From assembly GCA_037190965.1 (NCBI GenBank), contig JBBCKI010000048.1, positions 82,982 through 146,981 of the forward strand: 64,000 bases of DNA, written 5' to 3'. Made by a program: the position numbers and the translations under genes. Within the stretch, counting starts at the first letter, position 1. The number at the start of each line of letters is the position of its first letter. The notes beneath the pieces are model-generated. The model was given only the letters and a program-made list of their open reading frames with translations. It searched no databases and was not told the origin of the DNA. Below are positions 18,653-29,029 of the stretch, piece by piece. Source of the stretch: Chthoniobacteraceae bacterium (lineage in GTDB: Bacteria; Verrucomicrobiota; Verrucomicrobiia; Chthoniobacterales; Chthoniobacteraceae).

Positions 18653-19447
18653 ATGCGCCCCAGCCGAATCCTAAAAGATAGCGCCAACGGCAAGTTGGCA
18701 ACCTGCGTAAAGTCCAATCTGCACGACCCGCGCGTGATCGAACTGGCAGGCATGGCAGGGTTCTCCGCGGTCTGGCTTTGCAACGAACACGTCCCGGGAG
18801 ACTGGGCCGCCATCGAACACGGCGTTCGGGCCGCAAAAATCCACGATCTCGACGTCATCGTCCGCATCGCCAAAGGCTCCTACAGCGATTACATCAAACC
18901 CTTGGAGTGCGATGCGGCAGGCATCATGGTGCCCCACGTGACCTCCGCCCAGGAGGCCCGCGAGGTGGTCGACAAGTGCCGCTTCCGGCCGCTCGGCAAC
19001 CGGGCGCTGGACGGCGGCAACGTCGATGGAGGATTCTGCCAGCTCCCCCTTGTCGAATATCTGGAAGCAAGCAATCGCGAAAAGATCATTATCCTCCAGA
19101 TTGAATCGCCAGAAGGCGTCGAGGCCGCCGACGAGATCGCCGCCGTGGAAGGGTACGACTTTCTGCTCTTCGGCCCGGGCGACTATGCCCACCGGATCGG
19201 AAAGCCGGGACAGATCCATGATCCCGAAGTCCTTGCCGCCCGGGCGCGCGTGGAAGCCGCCATCCTTAAACATGGCAAACGCGGGTTCGCAGTGGGCGCG
19301 CCAGGCAATCCGAAAGAACTGATCGAACGCGGCTACGGCATCGTCAATCTCGGCTCCGATGTCGGATCCCTTAGCGTTGCCTTTCGCGGCATACTCGATG
19401 GCTTCTGCAAGAACGCCTCCGACAGCGGGGCGTACTATCAGCGTTAA
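18653..19447 (+). CDS. HpcH/HpaI family aldolase
   Basis: WLCNEH, GIMVPHV, ILQIESPEGV, FGPGDY. Confidence 0.88.
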   Translation: MRPSRILKDSANGKLATCVKSNLHDPRVIELAGMAGFSAVWLCNEHVPGDWAAIEHGVRAAKIHDLDVIVRIAKGSYSDYIKPLECDAAGIMVPHVTSAQEAREVVDKCRFRPLGNRALDGGNVDGGFCQLPLVEYLEASNREKIIILQIESPEGVEAADEIAAVEGYDFLLFGPGDYAHRIGKPGQIHDPEVLAARARVEAAILKHGKRGFAVGAPGNPKELIERGYGIVNLGSDVGSLSVAFRGILDGFCKNASDSGAYYQR

Positions 19448-19490
19448 ACCCAAACTCCGATGCCCGGAGGGGAAGGCGTGACGCAAAGGC

Positions 19491-19650
19491 GGTAGCCCGC
19501 TCTCGCTGAGAGCGCGGGATCGGTAAGGAGTCGCGCTTGGCGCTCAACCCAGCGGGACGGACCGCCGCTGTTGGGATGCGGCATTAAGGAGAAACGAGAG
19601 CCGATACCCGCGCTCGGCGGCGCGAGCGGACTACCGGTACTACCGCACCA
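19491..19650 (-). repeat. REPIN-like element copy 2
   Basis: Reverse-orientation copy with cap TGGTGCGGTAGTACC and both GTAG arms. Confidence 0.9.
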
Positions 19651-19721
19651 CTCTTCGTTTTGTAACTTTTCGACGCCTCCGCAAAGATGACGCGCGAGCT
19701 CCGCGATGCTATCCTCCGGCA

Positions 19722-20627
19722 ATGGATCGGCGCGTCATTCCTGTTTTCGAACTCAGCGAGTACCGGCTACCTGCGTCGGATCTGAGCGGCTTTTCCATCG
19801 AAACTCTCGCCAGTTCCCTATTGAATCACCCCTATCGGTCACGTCCCCATTATCATCACTTCTTTCAGGTCTTCCTGACTTTCGGCTCGGGCAGCCTGAT
19901 GCATGATTTTGTCGACTATTCGATCTCCGGTCCGGTGCTGACCTTCACGAGCCCCGGTCAGGTGCATACGGTGCTGGGCGCGGTAACGGGGTCGTTCATC
20001 TCATTCTCGCAGGAGTTCTTCGACGGCGACACCCCGCCTCCCAGCAAATTGCTCGAATACCCGTTCTTCTTCGCGCCAACGGCACCTCCTTTTCTAAAAC
20101 TGCGCGACGGGGATATCGACTGGTGCAAGAAACTCTTTGCCGAGTTGCAGCGCGAGTATCAAACCGGCCAGCCCGGTGCTCAGGAAATCTTGCGGGCCTA
20201 CCTGCGGATCCTTTTCACCCGCATCGCCCGGCTCTACCCTCCCCCGGCTTACGGCGCTTCAGGTTCAGGGGCTTCGTCGCGCCCCGCGCAGCTCGTGCTC
20301 GAGTTCCGGCTCGCGGTGGAAAACCGGTTTCGCGAGTTGACCGCGCTCCCGGCCTACGCCGCGCTTTTGAAGGTCACCGCCAACCATTTGAACGACACCG
20401 TAAGGAAGGAGACGGGGCAGTCGGCAGGCGAGATCATCCGCCAACGCCTGCTTTTGGAGGCAAAGCGGCTTCTGCTCCATTCGGACTTGAGCGTTTCCGA
20501 GATCAGTTACGAACTCCGTTTCAAGGATCCCTCTTACTTTAGCCGCTTCTTCCGACGCCGTTCCGGCCATGCTCCGGCGGCGTTCCGCAACAAAATCCGA
20601 GAAAAATACCAGGAAAGCACTTCTTAA
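19722..20627 (+). CDS. AraC-family transcriptional regulator
   Basis: PHYHHFFQV cupin; EAKRLLLHSDLSVSEISYELRFKDPSYFSRFF. Confidence 0.92.
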   Translation: MDRRVIPVFELSEYRLPASDLSGFSIETLASSLLNHPYRSRPHYHHFFQVFLTFGSGSLMHDFVDYSISGPVLTFTSPGQVHTVLGAVTGSFISFSQEFFDGDTPPPSKLLEYPFFFAPTAPPFLKLRDGDIDWCKKLFAELQREYQTGQPGAQEILRAYLRILFTRIARLYPPPAYGASGSGASSRPAQLVLEFRLAVENRFRELTALPAYAALLKVTANHLNDTVRKETGQSAGEIIRQRLLLEAKRLLLHSDLSVSEISYELRFKDPSYFSRFFRRRSGHAPAAFRNKIREKYQESTS

Positions 20628-20684
20628 CACCAAGGACGGCCATTGTTGTTCCCTGCGGAACCGCTTTGATAAAAGCCGCCCATC

Positions 20685-21938
20685 ATGAAGACGCTTGCCG
20701 CCGAAGAAGAATTTCCCGCCGGAGAAAGTACCGGGGAAAACGCCGGAAATAACCGGGACGACCAGACCGCTTTTGCGATTCTGTCCGCCATCGCCTTTTC
20801 GCACTTCCTCAACGACTCCATCCAGTCGCTGCTCCCGGCGCTTTACCCGCTCTTCAAGGACTCCTTCGCGCTCAGCTTCACGCAGGTGGGGCTGATCTCG
20901 CTCGCGTTTCACCTCACTTCCTCCTTCCTCCAGCCCCTCGTCGGCTTTTACACCGATCGCAACCCGAAGCCGTACCTTCTCGCCATCGGCCTGAGCGTTA
21001 CTTTGGTCGGCCTGCTGTTGCTCTCGCTGGCGGGCAACTATCCCCTGATCATCCTGTCAGCTGCGCTGGTGGGGACGGGATCGGCGGTGTTTCACCCCGA
21101 AGCATCGCGGATTGCCCATCTTGCCTCGGGCGGACGCCACGGCTTTGCCCAATCGTTCTTTCAACTCGGCGGCAATGCCGGCTCCTCGCTCGGCCCGCTC
21201 GTGGCGGTTCTGGTGGTGACCCAACCGCACATCGCCTGGTTCTCGCTGGTCGCCCTGCTGGCGATCCTCGTTCTTTCGCGCGTCGGCAAGTGGTACCACG
21301 CCAAGCTCGCCCTGATGAGCCGGGGGGCCCGCTCGCAAACCCGCGTCGTCCGCCCCGCGCTCTCCCGCAAAAGGATCATCGGCGCGATCGGGATTCTCCT
21401 GGCGTTGATCTTTTCCAAGTACTTTTACATCGCCAGCCTGGGCAGCTACTACACCTTCTATCTGATCCAGAAGTTCGGCGTCTCCGTGCAAAGCGCGCAG
21501 ATCCATCTCTTCGTGCTCATGGCGTCCATCGCGGCCGGAACACTGATCGGCGGGCCGGTGGGCGACCGCTTTGGCCGCAGGATTGTCATCTGGATTTCCA
21601 TCCTCGGCACTGCCCCTTTCAGCCTTTTGCTGCCTCACGCGAGCCTCTTCTGGACGGGCGTGTTGAGCGTTTTCATCGGTGTCATCCTCTCCTCGGCGTT
21701 CTCGGCGATTCTTGTCTACGCGCAGGCGCTCATTCCCGGGAAAGTCGGGATGATCGCGGGGCTTTTCTTCGGGTTCGCCTTCGGCATGGGAGGAATCGGA
21801 TCGGCGTTGCTGGGAAAACTGGCGGATTCCACCAGCATCGACACCGTTTTCCACCTCTGCGCCTTCCTCCCTTTGATCGGATTGCTGACGATCTTCCTGC
21901 CCGATGTGGAGCAACGCTCCTCAAGAAAAACTACGTAA
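20685..21938 (+). CDS. fsr: MFS transporter, fosmidomycin-resistance (Fsr) type
   Basis: SHFLNDSIQSLLPALYP, FHPEASR, AQSFFQLGGNAGSSLGP, GLFFGFAFGMGG. Confidence 0.85.
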   Translation: MKTLAAEEEFPAGESTGENAGNNRDDQTAFAILSAIAFSHFLNDSIQSLLPALYPLFKDSFALSFTQVGLISLAFHLTSSFLQPLVGFYTDRNPKPYLLAIGLSVTLVGLLLLSLAGNYPLIILSAALVGTGSAVFHPEASRIAHLASGGRHGFAQSFFQLGGNAGSSLGPLVAVLVVTQPHIAWFSLVALLAILVLSRVGKWYHAKLALMSRGARSQTRVVRPALSRKRIIGAIGILLALIFSKYFYIASLGSYYTFYLIQKFGVSVQSAQIHLFVLMASIAAGTLIGGPVGDRFGRRIVIWISILGTAPFSLLLPHASLFWTGVLSVFIGVILSSAFSAILVYAQALIPGKVGMIAGLFFGFAFGMGGIGSALLGKLADSTSIDTVFHLCAFLPLIGLLTIFLPDVEQRSSRKTT

Positions 21939-22332
21939 CCAGCCGCAGGATTAATGGGTAACGAAACGCCCTCCCCTTGCTGGCCGCGATGGCCCCGAGA
22001 ATGACCAGCGCAATATCCGCGATCCAAAGGGCGAATAGGAGAACAAACCCCACCAGGATCAGGACGAGCACCCCCGCGATCACGGCGTAAAGCGTATAGC
22101 TGATCTGAGCATTGAGCGCCTCCTTGCCCTGATCGTCCACAAACGGGGAGGTATCCCGTTTGATCAGCCACACCACCAGCGGTCCGATGATTTGCCCGAG
22201 AGGGAAAAAATGCCCGGCAAATGCGCTCAGATGCGCGATGACAGCCCAGTTCCGATCATCTTTTCCCGTCGGGACGGGGCGTGAATCCGGATAGTGCGAT
22301 GCGGAGCCGGGGCCGGGATTGAGCGGGTCCAT
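21931..22332 (-). CDS. DUF4870 membrane protein
   Basis: DRNWAVIAHLS, GPLVVWLIKR, QGKEALN, FRYPLILR; start uncertain (22332 or 22353). Confidence 0.88.
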   Translation of the reverse strand: MDPLNPGPGSASHYPDSRPVPTGKDDRNWAVIAHLSAFAGHFFPLGQIIGPLVVWLIKRDTSPFVDDQGKEALNAQISYTLYAVIAGVLVLILVGFVLLFALWIADIALVILGAIAASKGRAFRYPLILRLVT

Positions 22333-22447
22333 CAAACCGGAATCGAAGCGCATCCTGTTTTTGCGCGATTTCTCCCGGCTCCCTTGACGAGACCCGCGCC
22401 GGGCCCGCACATTGGGCTTATACTACTCTCACCATCTGGAGTTCACG

Positions 22448-23206
22448 ATGCGCCTCTTCTCTTTCCTGCTTCTCCTCGCCGCCGCCGTGCCGCTCCATGC
22501 CGGGTGGCGCGTGGAATCGTCCACCCCCCATTCGGCCAGCCCCGCCCTCACCCATTGGGTGAAAAAAGTCCGCAACGGTCGCGAGCGTCCAATGGAGCTG
22601 CAACTGGTCCTCCTCGACCGGTCCAAAACCACCCTGAAGGTGATCGACCTTCCGCCCGGGGCCAGCGTTGCCGAGGGGCTTCGAAAATCCGGCGCTTTGG
22701 CCGGCGTCAATGGCGGCTACTTTCACCGCGACCGCACCCCGTTGGGCCTCGTCATCAGCGGCGGCGTCAAGACGAACCCTTTCCAACGCGCAAAACTGCT
22801 CAGTGGCGTATTGGCTGTGACACCGCGCGGAGCAAGCCTGCTGCGTAACGCGGAGTACCGTGACGGCGCCCAAGTCAAGGAAGCTCTCCAGTCGGGCCCC
22901 TACCTCGTGGACCGTGGCAAAGCCGTCGCTGGCCTCAATGCCACGCGCGCGGCGGAACGAACCGTGCTGCTCGCCGACAAAAAAGGGGTGGCGGCACTCC
23001 TGATCACCCCGCCGATCACGCTGGCCAAAGCAGGCGAACTGCTCGCCACTCCGGGGCTGTTTCCGGAGCTCAAGATCGAACGCGCCCTGAACCTCGACGG
23101 CGGAAGCTCGACCGCGCTTTGGGTGAATGATCACCCCGCCCCCTATTCCCACAGCGAATGGAAACGAGTCCGTAATGCCGTGGCCGTGATGCCGAAGAAT
23201 CCGTGA
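22448..23206 (+). CDS. Phosphodiester glycosidase (NAGPA/DUF2233) family secreted protein
   Basis: Signal peptide; GVNGGYF, QSGPYLV, ALNLDGGSST. Confidence 0.85.
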   Translation: MRLFSFLLLLAAAVPLHAGWRVESSTPHSASPALTHWVKKVRNGRERPMELQLVLLDRSKTTLKVIDLPPGASVAEGLRKSGALAGVNGGYFHRDRTPLGLVISGGVKTNPFQRAKLLSGVLAVTPRGASLLRNAEYRDGAQVKEALQSGPYLVDRGKAVAGLNATRAAERTVLLADKKGVAALLITPPITLAKAGELLATPGLFPELKIERALNLDGGSSTALWVNDHPAPYSHSEWKRVRNAVAVMPKNP

Positions 23207-23223
23207 TCAGGATGCGCGCCAAC

Positions 23224-23395
23224 TGGTGCGGCAGCACCGGTAGCCCGCTCGCGCCGCGAGCGCGGGAGAGGACGCGGTGGCGCGTTCGGCTTTCATCCCA
23301 GCCAGACAAACTGCCGGTCTTGAGATTGGCAAAAATCGGGAGGCATCAAGAGACACGTAAGTCGATACCCGCGCTCGCGGCGCGAGCGGGCTACC
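23224..23395. repeat. REPIN-like element copy 3 (core inverted relative to cap)
   Basis: Cap + GTAG arm on + strand, but the internal core matches other copies on the minus strand. Confidence 0.85.
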
Positions 23396-23426
23396 TTTGC
23401 CTGTCCTCCAGAAACCCGTCCCTTGC

Positions 23427-24113
23427 TTATCTCACCGCGCGCAAGATCGGCGCGGGCGTATGCGCGGGAATCATTGACGGAGCGATTGCCCGCGATTCGG
23501 CCTCGGATTCTTTGCCGACGTAAATCGCTTCGTCGGGCCAATCCTTGCGAAGATAACCGTCCTGCATGTTCACGCTGGGGACGTAGTTACGCAAAACCCG
23601 CACGGGCGCGAGAAGGCGCATGGTGGAAATCTCCTCGATGGAATCTTCCCCGTGATTGCGCCGCAGGAGCGGGATCAACTTTTCCTGCACCGTCACGACG
23701 ATGTCGGTGTCGCTTGCCCCGTCGATGAAAAGAAGCATGGCGATCTTCCCGTCGATTTCGGCAATGTGGCTCTCGAAAATGAACTCCGTGAAGATGGAGC
23801 GGACAAACGGCTCCTGGGCGATGTCCTGCTTGATCTGGGTGGGCGTCATCCCGATCCGGAACTTGATGATGTAAAGGTGCCGGGTCTTGAACTGGCCCGT
23901 CCCGGTCATGGAGAGATCGACATGGGTGTGGTAGCTCAGGACGCCGTCCTGCTCCAAACGCTGGCGTTTGCGGCTCACGGTCCGGACGTTGACGCCGGTC
24001 AGTTCACCAATCCCGTTATCGCTTTCGCGGGGGTCTCGAATGAGGGCGCGGGCGATTAACCGCTCCTGCTCGTCAAGTTCTCTCATGGCTGGGTAATCGA
24101 CATCGTAGCCCAT
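23427..24113 (-). CDS. Lrp/AsnC-like winged-helix regulator, divergent from gltB
   Basis: LDEQERLIARALIRDPRES…VNVRTVSRKRQRLEQDGVL resembles an AsnC-type HTH. Confidence 0.7.
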   Translation of the reverse strand: MGYDVDYPAMRELDEQERLIARALIRDPRESDNGIGELTGVNVRTVSRKRQRLEQDGVLSYHTHVDLSMTGTGQFKTRHLYIIKFRIGMTPTQIKQDIAQEPFVRSIFTEFIFESHIAEIDGKIAMLLFIDGASDTDIVVTVQEKLIPLLRRNHGEDSIEEISTMRLLAPVRVLRNYVPSVNMQDGYLRKDWPDEAIYVGKESEAESRAIAPSMIPAHTPAPILRAVR

Positions 24114-24357
24114 TTTTTCCTGCGGTCACGCCAAACCTCTTCAAAGTTATGATTCACCTGTAGAAACGCTCAAACTGGCCATTCGATACGATTCATTGTC
24201 CAGTTTGAGTCTCATTATTTTTAAAAAATGCAAATTTACGCCTCTTTCATGTTTAAATTGTCTTGAATCAACATCCCGCATCCCTAGGATGAGCAGACCG
24301 CCAAGAGCGCACCCCCCACCATTAAACCTCATGCCACCTCACTAAAGTTTACTGCTT

Positions 24358-27300
24358 ATGAACCAGGTCATCCTCGATCAGACCTCGCACCTTCGCGGGC
24401 TCTATTCCCCGGGCCAAGAACATGACGCCTGCGGCGTCGGATTCATCGCTTCCATCAAGGGCCAACGCTCCCACAAAATTCTGCGCCACAGTTTGACGGC
24501 GCTCCGCAACCTGGCTCATCGCGGCGCCATCGACGCCGATGCCAAAACCGGCGACGGCGCCGGCGTGATGACCCAGATCCCCCACAAACTCTTCGCCGCC
24601 GAAGTCAAAAAGCTGGGTCACCGACTTTATCACGACGAAGACCTCGGCGTCGGATTCATCTTCCTGCCGCACGACAACGCTTACGCCCAGGCCCGGGCCA
24701 AGGCCATTGTCGAAAAAGTCATCGCCAAGCGCGGTCTCTTCCTCTTCGGCTGGCGCGAAGTGCCGATCCACCTCAGGGTTCTCGGCGAAAAGGCACAACT
24801 CACCATGCCCCGCATCGAGCAAGTGCTCGTGGGCAAGCCCGCCGACATCGACGCCGACGAGTACGAACGCCGCCTCTTCCTGGTCCGCAACGAAGTGGAA
24901 AAACGCGCCGCCGAAGCGGAAATCAAGCATTTCTATATCCCGTCGTTCTCGCACCGGACGATCATCTACAAGGGGCTGCTCACCTCCCCCACGCTGGAGA
25001 CGTTCTATAAGGATCTGACGAACCCGGATTACGAGACCTCCATCGCCGTCTACCACTCCCGCTACAGCACCAACACCTTCCCGACCTGGCCGCTCGGCCA
25101 GCCGTTCCGGATGCTCGCGCACAATGGCGAGATCAATACCCGGCGCGGCAACGTGAACTGGATGCACGCCCGCGAAGCCGAATTGCAGGCGGGCGCATGG
25201 GGCACGGACATTGACCTTCTCAAGCCGATCATCCAGCCCGGCGGCTCGGACTCCGCGGAACTCGACAACTCGCTGGAAGCCCTCGTGATGAGCGGGCGCA
25301 ACATCCTGCACGCGATGACCATGCTGGTGCCGCCCGCCTTCCGCGCGGACAAGAACCTGCCGGAGCCGATCCGCGCGTTCCATGAATATCACCGCGCCTT
25401 TAACGAACCGTGGGACGGCCCCGCCGCCCTCGTTTTCAGCGACGGGCTTACCGTCGGCGCGTGTCTCGACCGCAACGGCCTGCGCCCCTCCCGCTACAAA
25501 CTGACTGACGATGGGATCTTCTCGCTCGGCTCCGAAGTCGGCACCATCGAGTTCGACGACGAGCACGTGCTGGAAAAGGGACGGCTCGCTCCCGGCGAGA
25601 TGATCGCCATCGACACGGTGGAAGGCGTCCTGCTGCGTGACGATGCCATCAAGACCCGCCTCGCCGCCGCGCAGCCGTATGGCGAATGGGTGAAGACCCA
25701 TCTCAAGCCGCTCGAAACGTTCGTGACCGAACCGGTCAAGGAACCGGAGGGCGACCTCGATATTCTCACGCTGACGCAAAAGCAGATCGCCGCCGGGTAC
25801 TCCAGCGAAGAGTTGGAAATGGTGCTCAAGCCGATGGCAAAAAGCGCCTACGAAGGGATCAGCTCCATGGGCGACGACACGCCGCTGGCCGTTCTCTCGC
25901 TCCAGCCGCGTTTGTTGTATAGCTACTTCAAGCAACTCTTCGCGCAGGTGACAAACCCGCCGATCGATCCGATCCGCGAGAAGCTGGTCATGTCGCTCTA
26001 CACCGGCCTCGGCTGGCGGCGCAACCTGCTGGGCGAAACTCCGGAACACGCGAATCTGGTGATCGCCAAATCGCCCATTCTTCTGGAGAACGAATTTGCG
26101 GCCCTCAACACCATCCCCGACCACCCGCTGGCCGTCATCAGCACTGTCTGGCCCTTGGCGGAAGGCGAACAGGGATTGGAAAAAGCGATCGACCAGATTT
26201 GCGAAGAAGCGGAATTCCGCGTTCGCCAGGGCGTTCGGCTGCTGGTCCTGAGCGACCGCGCCGTCGATCACGAGAACGTGGGCGTCCCGATGCTCCTCGC
26301 CACCGGTGCGGTGCATCACCGCCTGATTCGCGCGGGGCTCCGCATGAAGGCGAGCATTATCTGCGACACGGCGGAAGCCCGCGACGTGCACCAGATCGCC
26401 TGCCTCATCGGCTACGGCGCAAGCGCGGTCTGCCCCTACCTCGGCTTCGAAACCTGCCGGGAGCTTCTGGAAAAAGACAAGGCGCTCGCCCCCGCCAAGC
26501 AGCAGTTCGTCGGAATTAGCTACGAGAAGACCGTCGCCAACATGCGCCAGGCCCTGGAGGACGGGCTGCTCAAGATCATGTCGAAGATGGGAATCTCCGT
26601 GCTCGCCAGCTACCAGGGCGCGCAGATCTTCCAGGCCATCGGCGTGGGCGATGCGGTAATCGCCAAGGCGTTCAACGGCACCCCATCGGGCGTCGGCGGC
26701 GTCGGCTTTGCCGAGATCGCCCGCGAAAGCCTGGAACGGCACCACAAGGCCTATGCCGCGCCGGTTCCCACGGACAAGGACGGCACCCCGCTTCTCGAAG
26801 ACGCCGGGTATTTCCGGTTCCGCCGCGACGGGGAGACGCACGCCGTCACTCCGCCGGTCATCAAGAACTTCCATACCTTCGTCAAGAGCGGCAACCCCGC
26901 CGACTACAAGGCCTATGTGGAAGCGCTCAAGGCAAACCGCCCCATCGCGCTCCGCGACCTCTTCGAATTGGTCCCCTCACCCGAAGGGCCGGTGCCCATT
27001 GAGGAAGTCGAGGAGATCGAAGACATCCGTAAACGTTTCACCACGGCAGCCATGTCGCTCGGCGCGCTCAGCCCCGAAGCCCACGAATGCCTGGCCATCG
27101 CCATGAACCGGATCGGCGGCAAGTCGAACTCCGGCGAAGGCGGCGAGGACCCCGAACGCTTCCGCCGCCGCGACAATGGCGACCTCGCCAACAGCGCGAT
27201 CAAGCAGGTGGCCTCCGCCCGCTTCGGCGTGCATGCGGCTTACCTGGCCAGCGCGAAGGAAATCGAGATCAAGATGGCGCAAGGCTCCAAGCCGGGCGAA

Positions 27301-28947
27301 GGCGGGCAGCTCCCCGGCTTCAAGGTGAGCGGGTTGATCGCCACGCTCCGGCACACCGTGCCGGGCGTGATGCTCATCTCCCCGCCGCCACATCACGACA
27401 TCTATTCCATCGAGGATCTCGCCCAGCTCATCCATGACTTGAAAGAGGTCAACCCGCGTGCACGCATCTGCGTAAAGCTCGTCTCCGAAGCCGGGGTAGG
27501 CACCGTGGCGGCAGGCGTCGCCAAGGCGCATGCGGACATCATCCTGATCAGCGGCCACGACGGCGGCACCGGCGCGTCCCCCCTGAGTTCGATCAAGAAC
27601 GCGGGGAGCGCGTGGGAACTGGGCGTCGCGGAAGCCCAGCAGGTACTAGTGATGAACGGCCTGCGCAACCGCGTGACGCTACGCACCGACGGCGGCCTCA
27701 AGAACGGCCTCGACATCATCCACGCCACGATCCTCGGCGCGGAGGAATACAACTTCGGCACCATCGCGTTGATCGCCGCCGGTTGCGTCTACGTCCGCCA
27801 GTGTCACCTCAACACCTGCCCGGTCGGCGTCGCCACCCAGGACGAACGGCTGCGCGGAAAGTTCAAGGGGAAGCCCGAGCATGTCATCAACTTCTTCAAC
27901 GCAGTGGCAGAAGAAGTTCGCGAAATCATGGCAGCCCTCGGCGTCCGGAGCATCGACGAACTGGTGGGACGCACGGAGTTCCTGCGCCAGCGGCACGTCG
28001 CCGATCACCCGAAGGCCAACACCCTCGACCTCTCCCGCCTCCTCGCGAGCGCGGTCCCCGTCGACGGCAGCCCCCGGCATAACACCCGCAATCGCAACGA
28101 CGGCTCGCGCGATCGCCCGCTCGACGACCTGATCCTTCAGGACGCGAAAGACGCGATCAGCGACAAGCGCCCCGTCTCGCTCTCCTACGAGGTGAGCAAC
28201 ATGCACCGTTCCATCGGCGCGAAGGTCTCCGGCGAGATCGGCTACCAGTGGGGCATCGAGGGATTGCCCGAAGGCACCTTGGAGCTCAAGCTGGAAGGAA
28301 GCGCGGGCCAGAGCCTCGGGGCGTTCCTGAGCGCGGGCGTGAAGATTGAATTGACCGGCGAAGCCAATGATTATGTCGGCAAAGGGATGAGCGGCGGCGA
28401 GATCATCGTGCGGCCGCACGCCAAGGTCGGGTTCAAACCGCAGGACAACTCGATCATCGGCAACACCTGTATCTACGGAGCGACCGGTGGCACCCTCTTC
28501 GCGGCAGGCCGCGCCGGGGAACGCTTCGCCGTCCGCAACTCAGGCGCGGCGGCGGTTGTCGAAGGAATTGGCGATCACGGCTGCGAATACATGACCAACG
28601 GCACCGTGGTCGTACTCGGCAGCACCGGGAAGAACTTCGGCGCCGGGATGACCGGTGGCGTCGCCTACGTGCTCGACAAGGATGGCCAGTTTGAGTCGCG
28701 CACCAACCTTTCGCTGGTCAGCCTGGAAAGCCTGACACCGGAAGACGTGGTGATTCTCCAGCAGTTGATCTACCGGCACCTCGTCGCCACCGACAGCGCC
28801 CTCGCCCGTTGGATCCTGGCCACCTGGCCCGATCACGGACCGAAATTCCGCAAAGTCATTCCCCGCGCCCCGGAAGCTCCGGCGGCCAAGGTGGTGGCGG
28901 CAGCGGAAACGGTGCTGACCGAGCAAGTCACGGCGGCGAAACCGTAA
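24358..28947 (+). CDS. gltB: Glutamate synthase large subunit
   Basis: EHDACGVGF, HSRYSTNTFP, EPWDGPA, NPPIDPIRE, SNSGEGGED, CHLNTCPVG, GXGXG domain. Confidence 0.98.
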   Translation: MNQVILDQTSHLRGLYSPGQEHDACGVGFIASIKGQRSHKILRHSLTALRNLAHRGAIDADAKTGDGAGVMTQIPHKLFAAEVKKLGHRLYHDEDLGVGFIFLPHDNAYAQARAKAIVEKVIAKRGLFLFGWREVPIHLRVLGEKAQLTMPRIEQVLVGKPADIDADEYERRLFLVRNEVEKRAAEAEIKHFYIPSFSHRTIIYKGLLTSPTLETFYKDLTNPDYETSIAVYHSRYSTNTFPTWPLGQPFRMLAHNGEINTRRGNVNWMHAREAELQAGAWGTDIDLLKPIIQPGGSDSAELDNSLEALVMSGRNILHAMTMLVPPAFRADKNLPEPIRAFHEYHRAFNEPWDGPAALVFSDGLTVGACLDRNGLRPSRYKLTDDGIFSLGSEVGTIEFDDEHVLEKGRLAPGEMIAIDTVEGVLLRDDAIKTRLAAAQPYGEWVKTHLKPLETFVTEPVKEPEGDLDILTLTQKQIAAGYSSEELEMVLKPMAKSAYEGISSMGDDTPLAVLSLQPRLLYSYFKQLFAQVTNPPIDPIREKLVMSLYTGLGWRRNLLGETPEHANLVIAKSPILLENEFAALNTIPDHPLAVISTVWPLAEGEQGLEKAIDQICEEAEFRVRQGVRLLVLSDRAVDHENVGVPMLLATGAVHHRLIRAGLRMKASIICDTAEARDVHQIACLIGYGASAVCPYLGFETCRELLEKDKALAPAKQQFVGISYEKTVANMRQALEDGLLKIMSKMGISVLASYQGAQIFQAIGVGDAVIAKAFNGTPSGVGGVGFAEIARESLERHHKAYAAPVPTDKDGTPLLEDAGYFRFRRDGETHAVTPPVIKNFHTFVKSGNPADYKAYVEALKANRPIALRDLFELVPSPEGPVPIEEVEEIEDIRKRFTTAAMSLGALSPEAHECLAIAMNRIGGKSNSGEGGEDPERFRRRDNGDLANSAIKQVASARFGVHAAYLASAKEIEIKMAQGSKPGEGGQLPGFKVSGLIATLRHTVPGVMLISPPPHHDIYSIEDLAQLIHDLKEVNPRARICVKLVSEAGVGTVAAGVAKAHADIILISGHDGGTGASPLSSIKNAGSAWELGVAEAQQVLVMNGLRNRVTLRTDGGLKNGLDIIHATILGAEEYNFGTIALIAAGCVYVRQCHLNTCPVGVATQDERLRGKFKGKPEHVINFFNAVAEEVREIMAALGVRSIDELVGRTEFLRQRHVADHPKANTLDLSRLLASAVPVDGSPRHNTRNRNDGSRDRPLDDLILQDAKDAISDKRPVSLSYEVSNMHRSIGAKVSGEIGYQWGIEGLPEGTLELKLEGSAGQSLGAFLSAGVKIELTGEANDYVGKGMSGGEIIVRPHAKVGFKPQDNSIIGNTCIYGATGGTLFAAGRAGERFAVRNSGAAAVVEGIGDHGCEYMTNGTVVVLGSTGKNFGAGMTGGVAYVLDKDGQFESRTNLSLVSLESLTPEDVVILQQLIYRHLVATDSALARWILATWPDHGPKFRKVIPRAPEAPAAKVVAAAETVLTEQVTAAKP

Positions 28948-28970
28948 CCTGAGCCGAAAGTATAACAATG

Positions 28971-29008
28971 AAGCAGCGCGGGACAGGATCCCGCGCTGCT
29001 TTTGTTTG
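28971..29008 (+). terminator. Intrinsic terminator after gltB
   Basis: AAGCAGCGCGGGA-CAGGA-TCCCGCGCTGCTT followed by TTGTTT. Confidence 0.85.
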
Positions 29009-29029
29009 TGCGATTCACGACGCTCCCTT

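Noticed and set aside
24349..26874. 841-aa antisense ORF, and similar long shadow ORFs (59736-61619, 39816-40997, 45335-46723, 50291-51724, 5104-6399)
   Set aside because: They lie opposite well-supported conserved genes; expected from high-GC codon bias; no recognisable motifs
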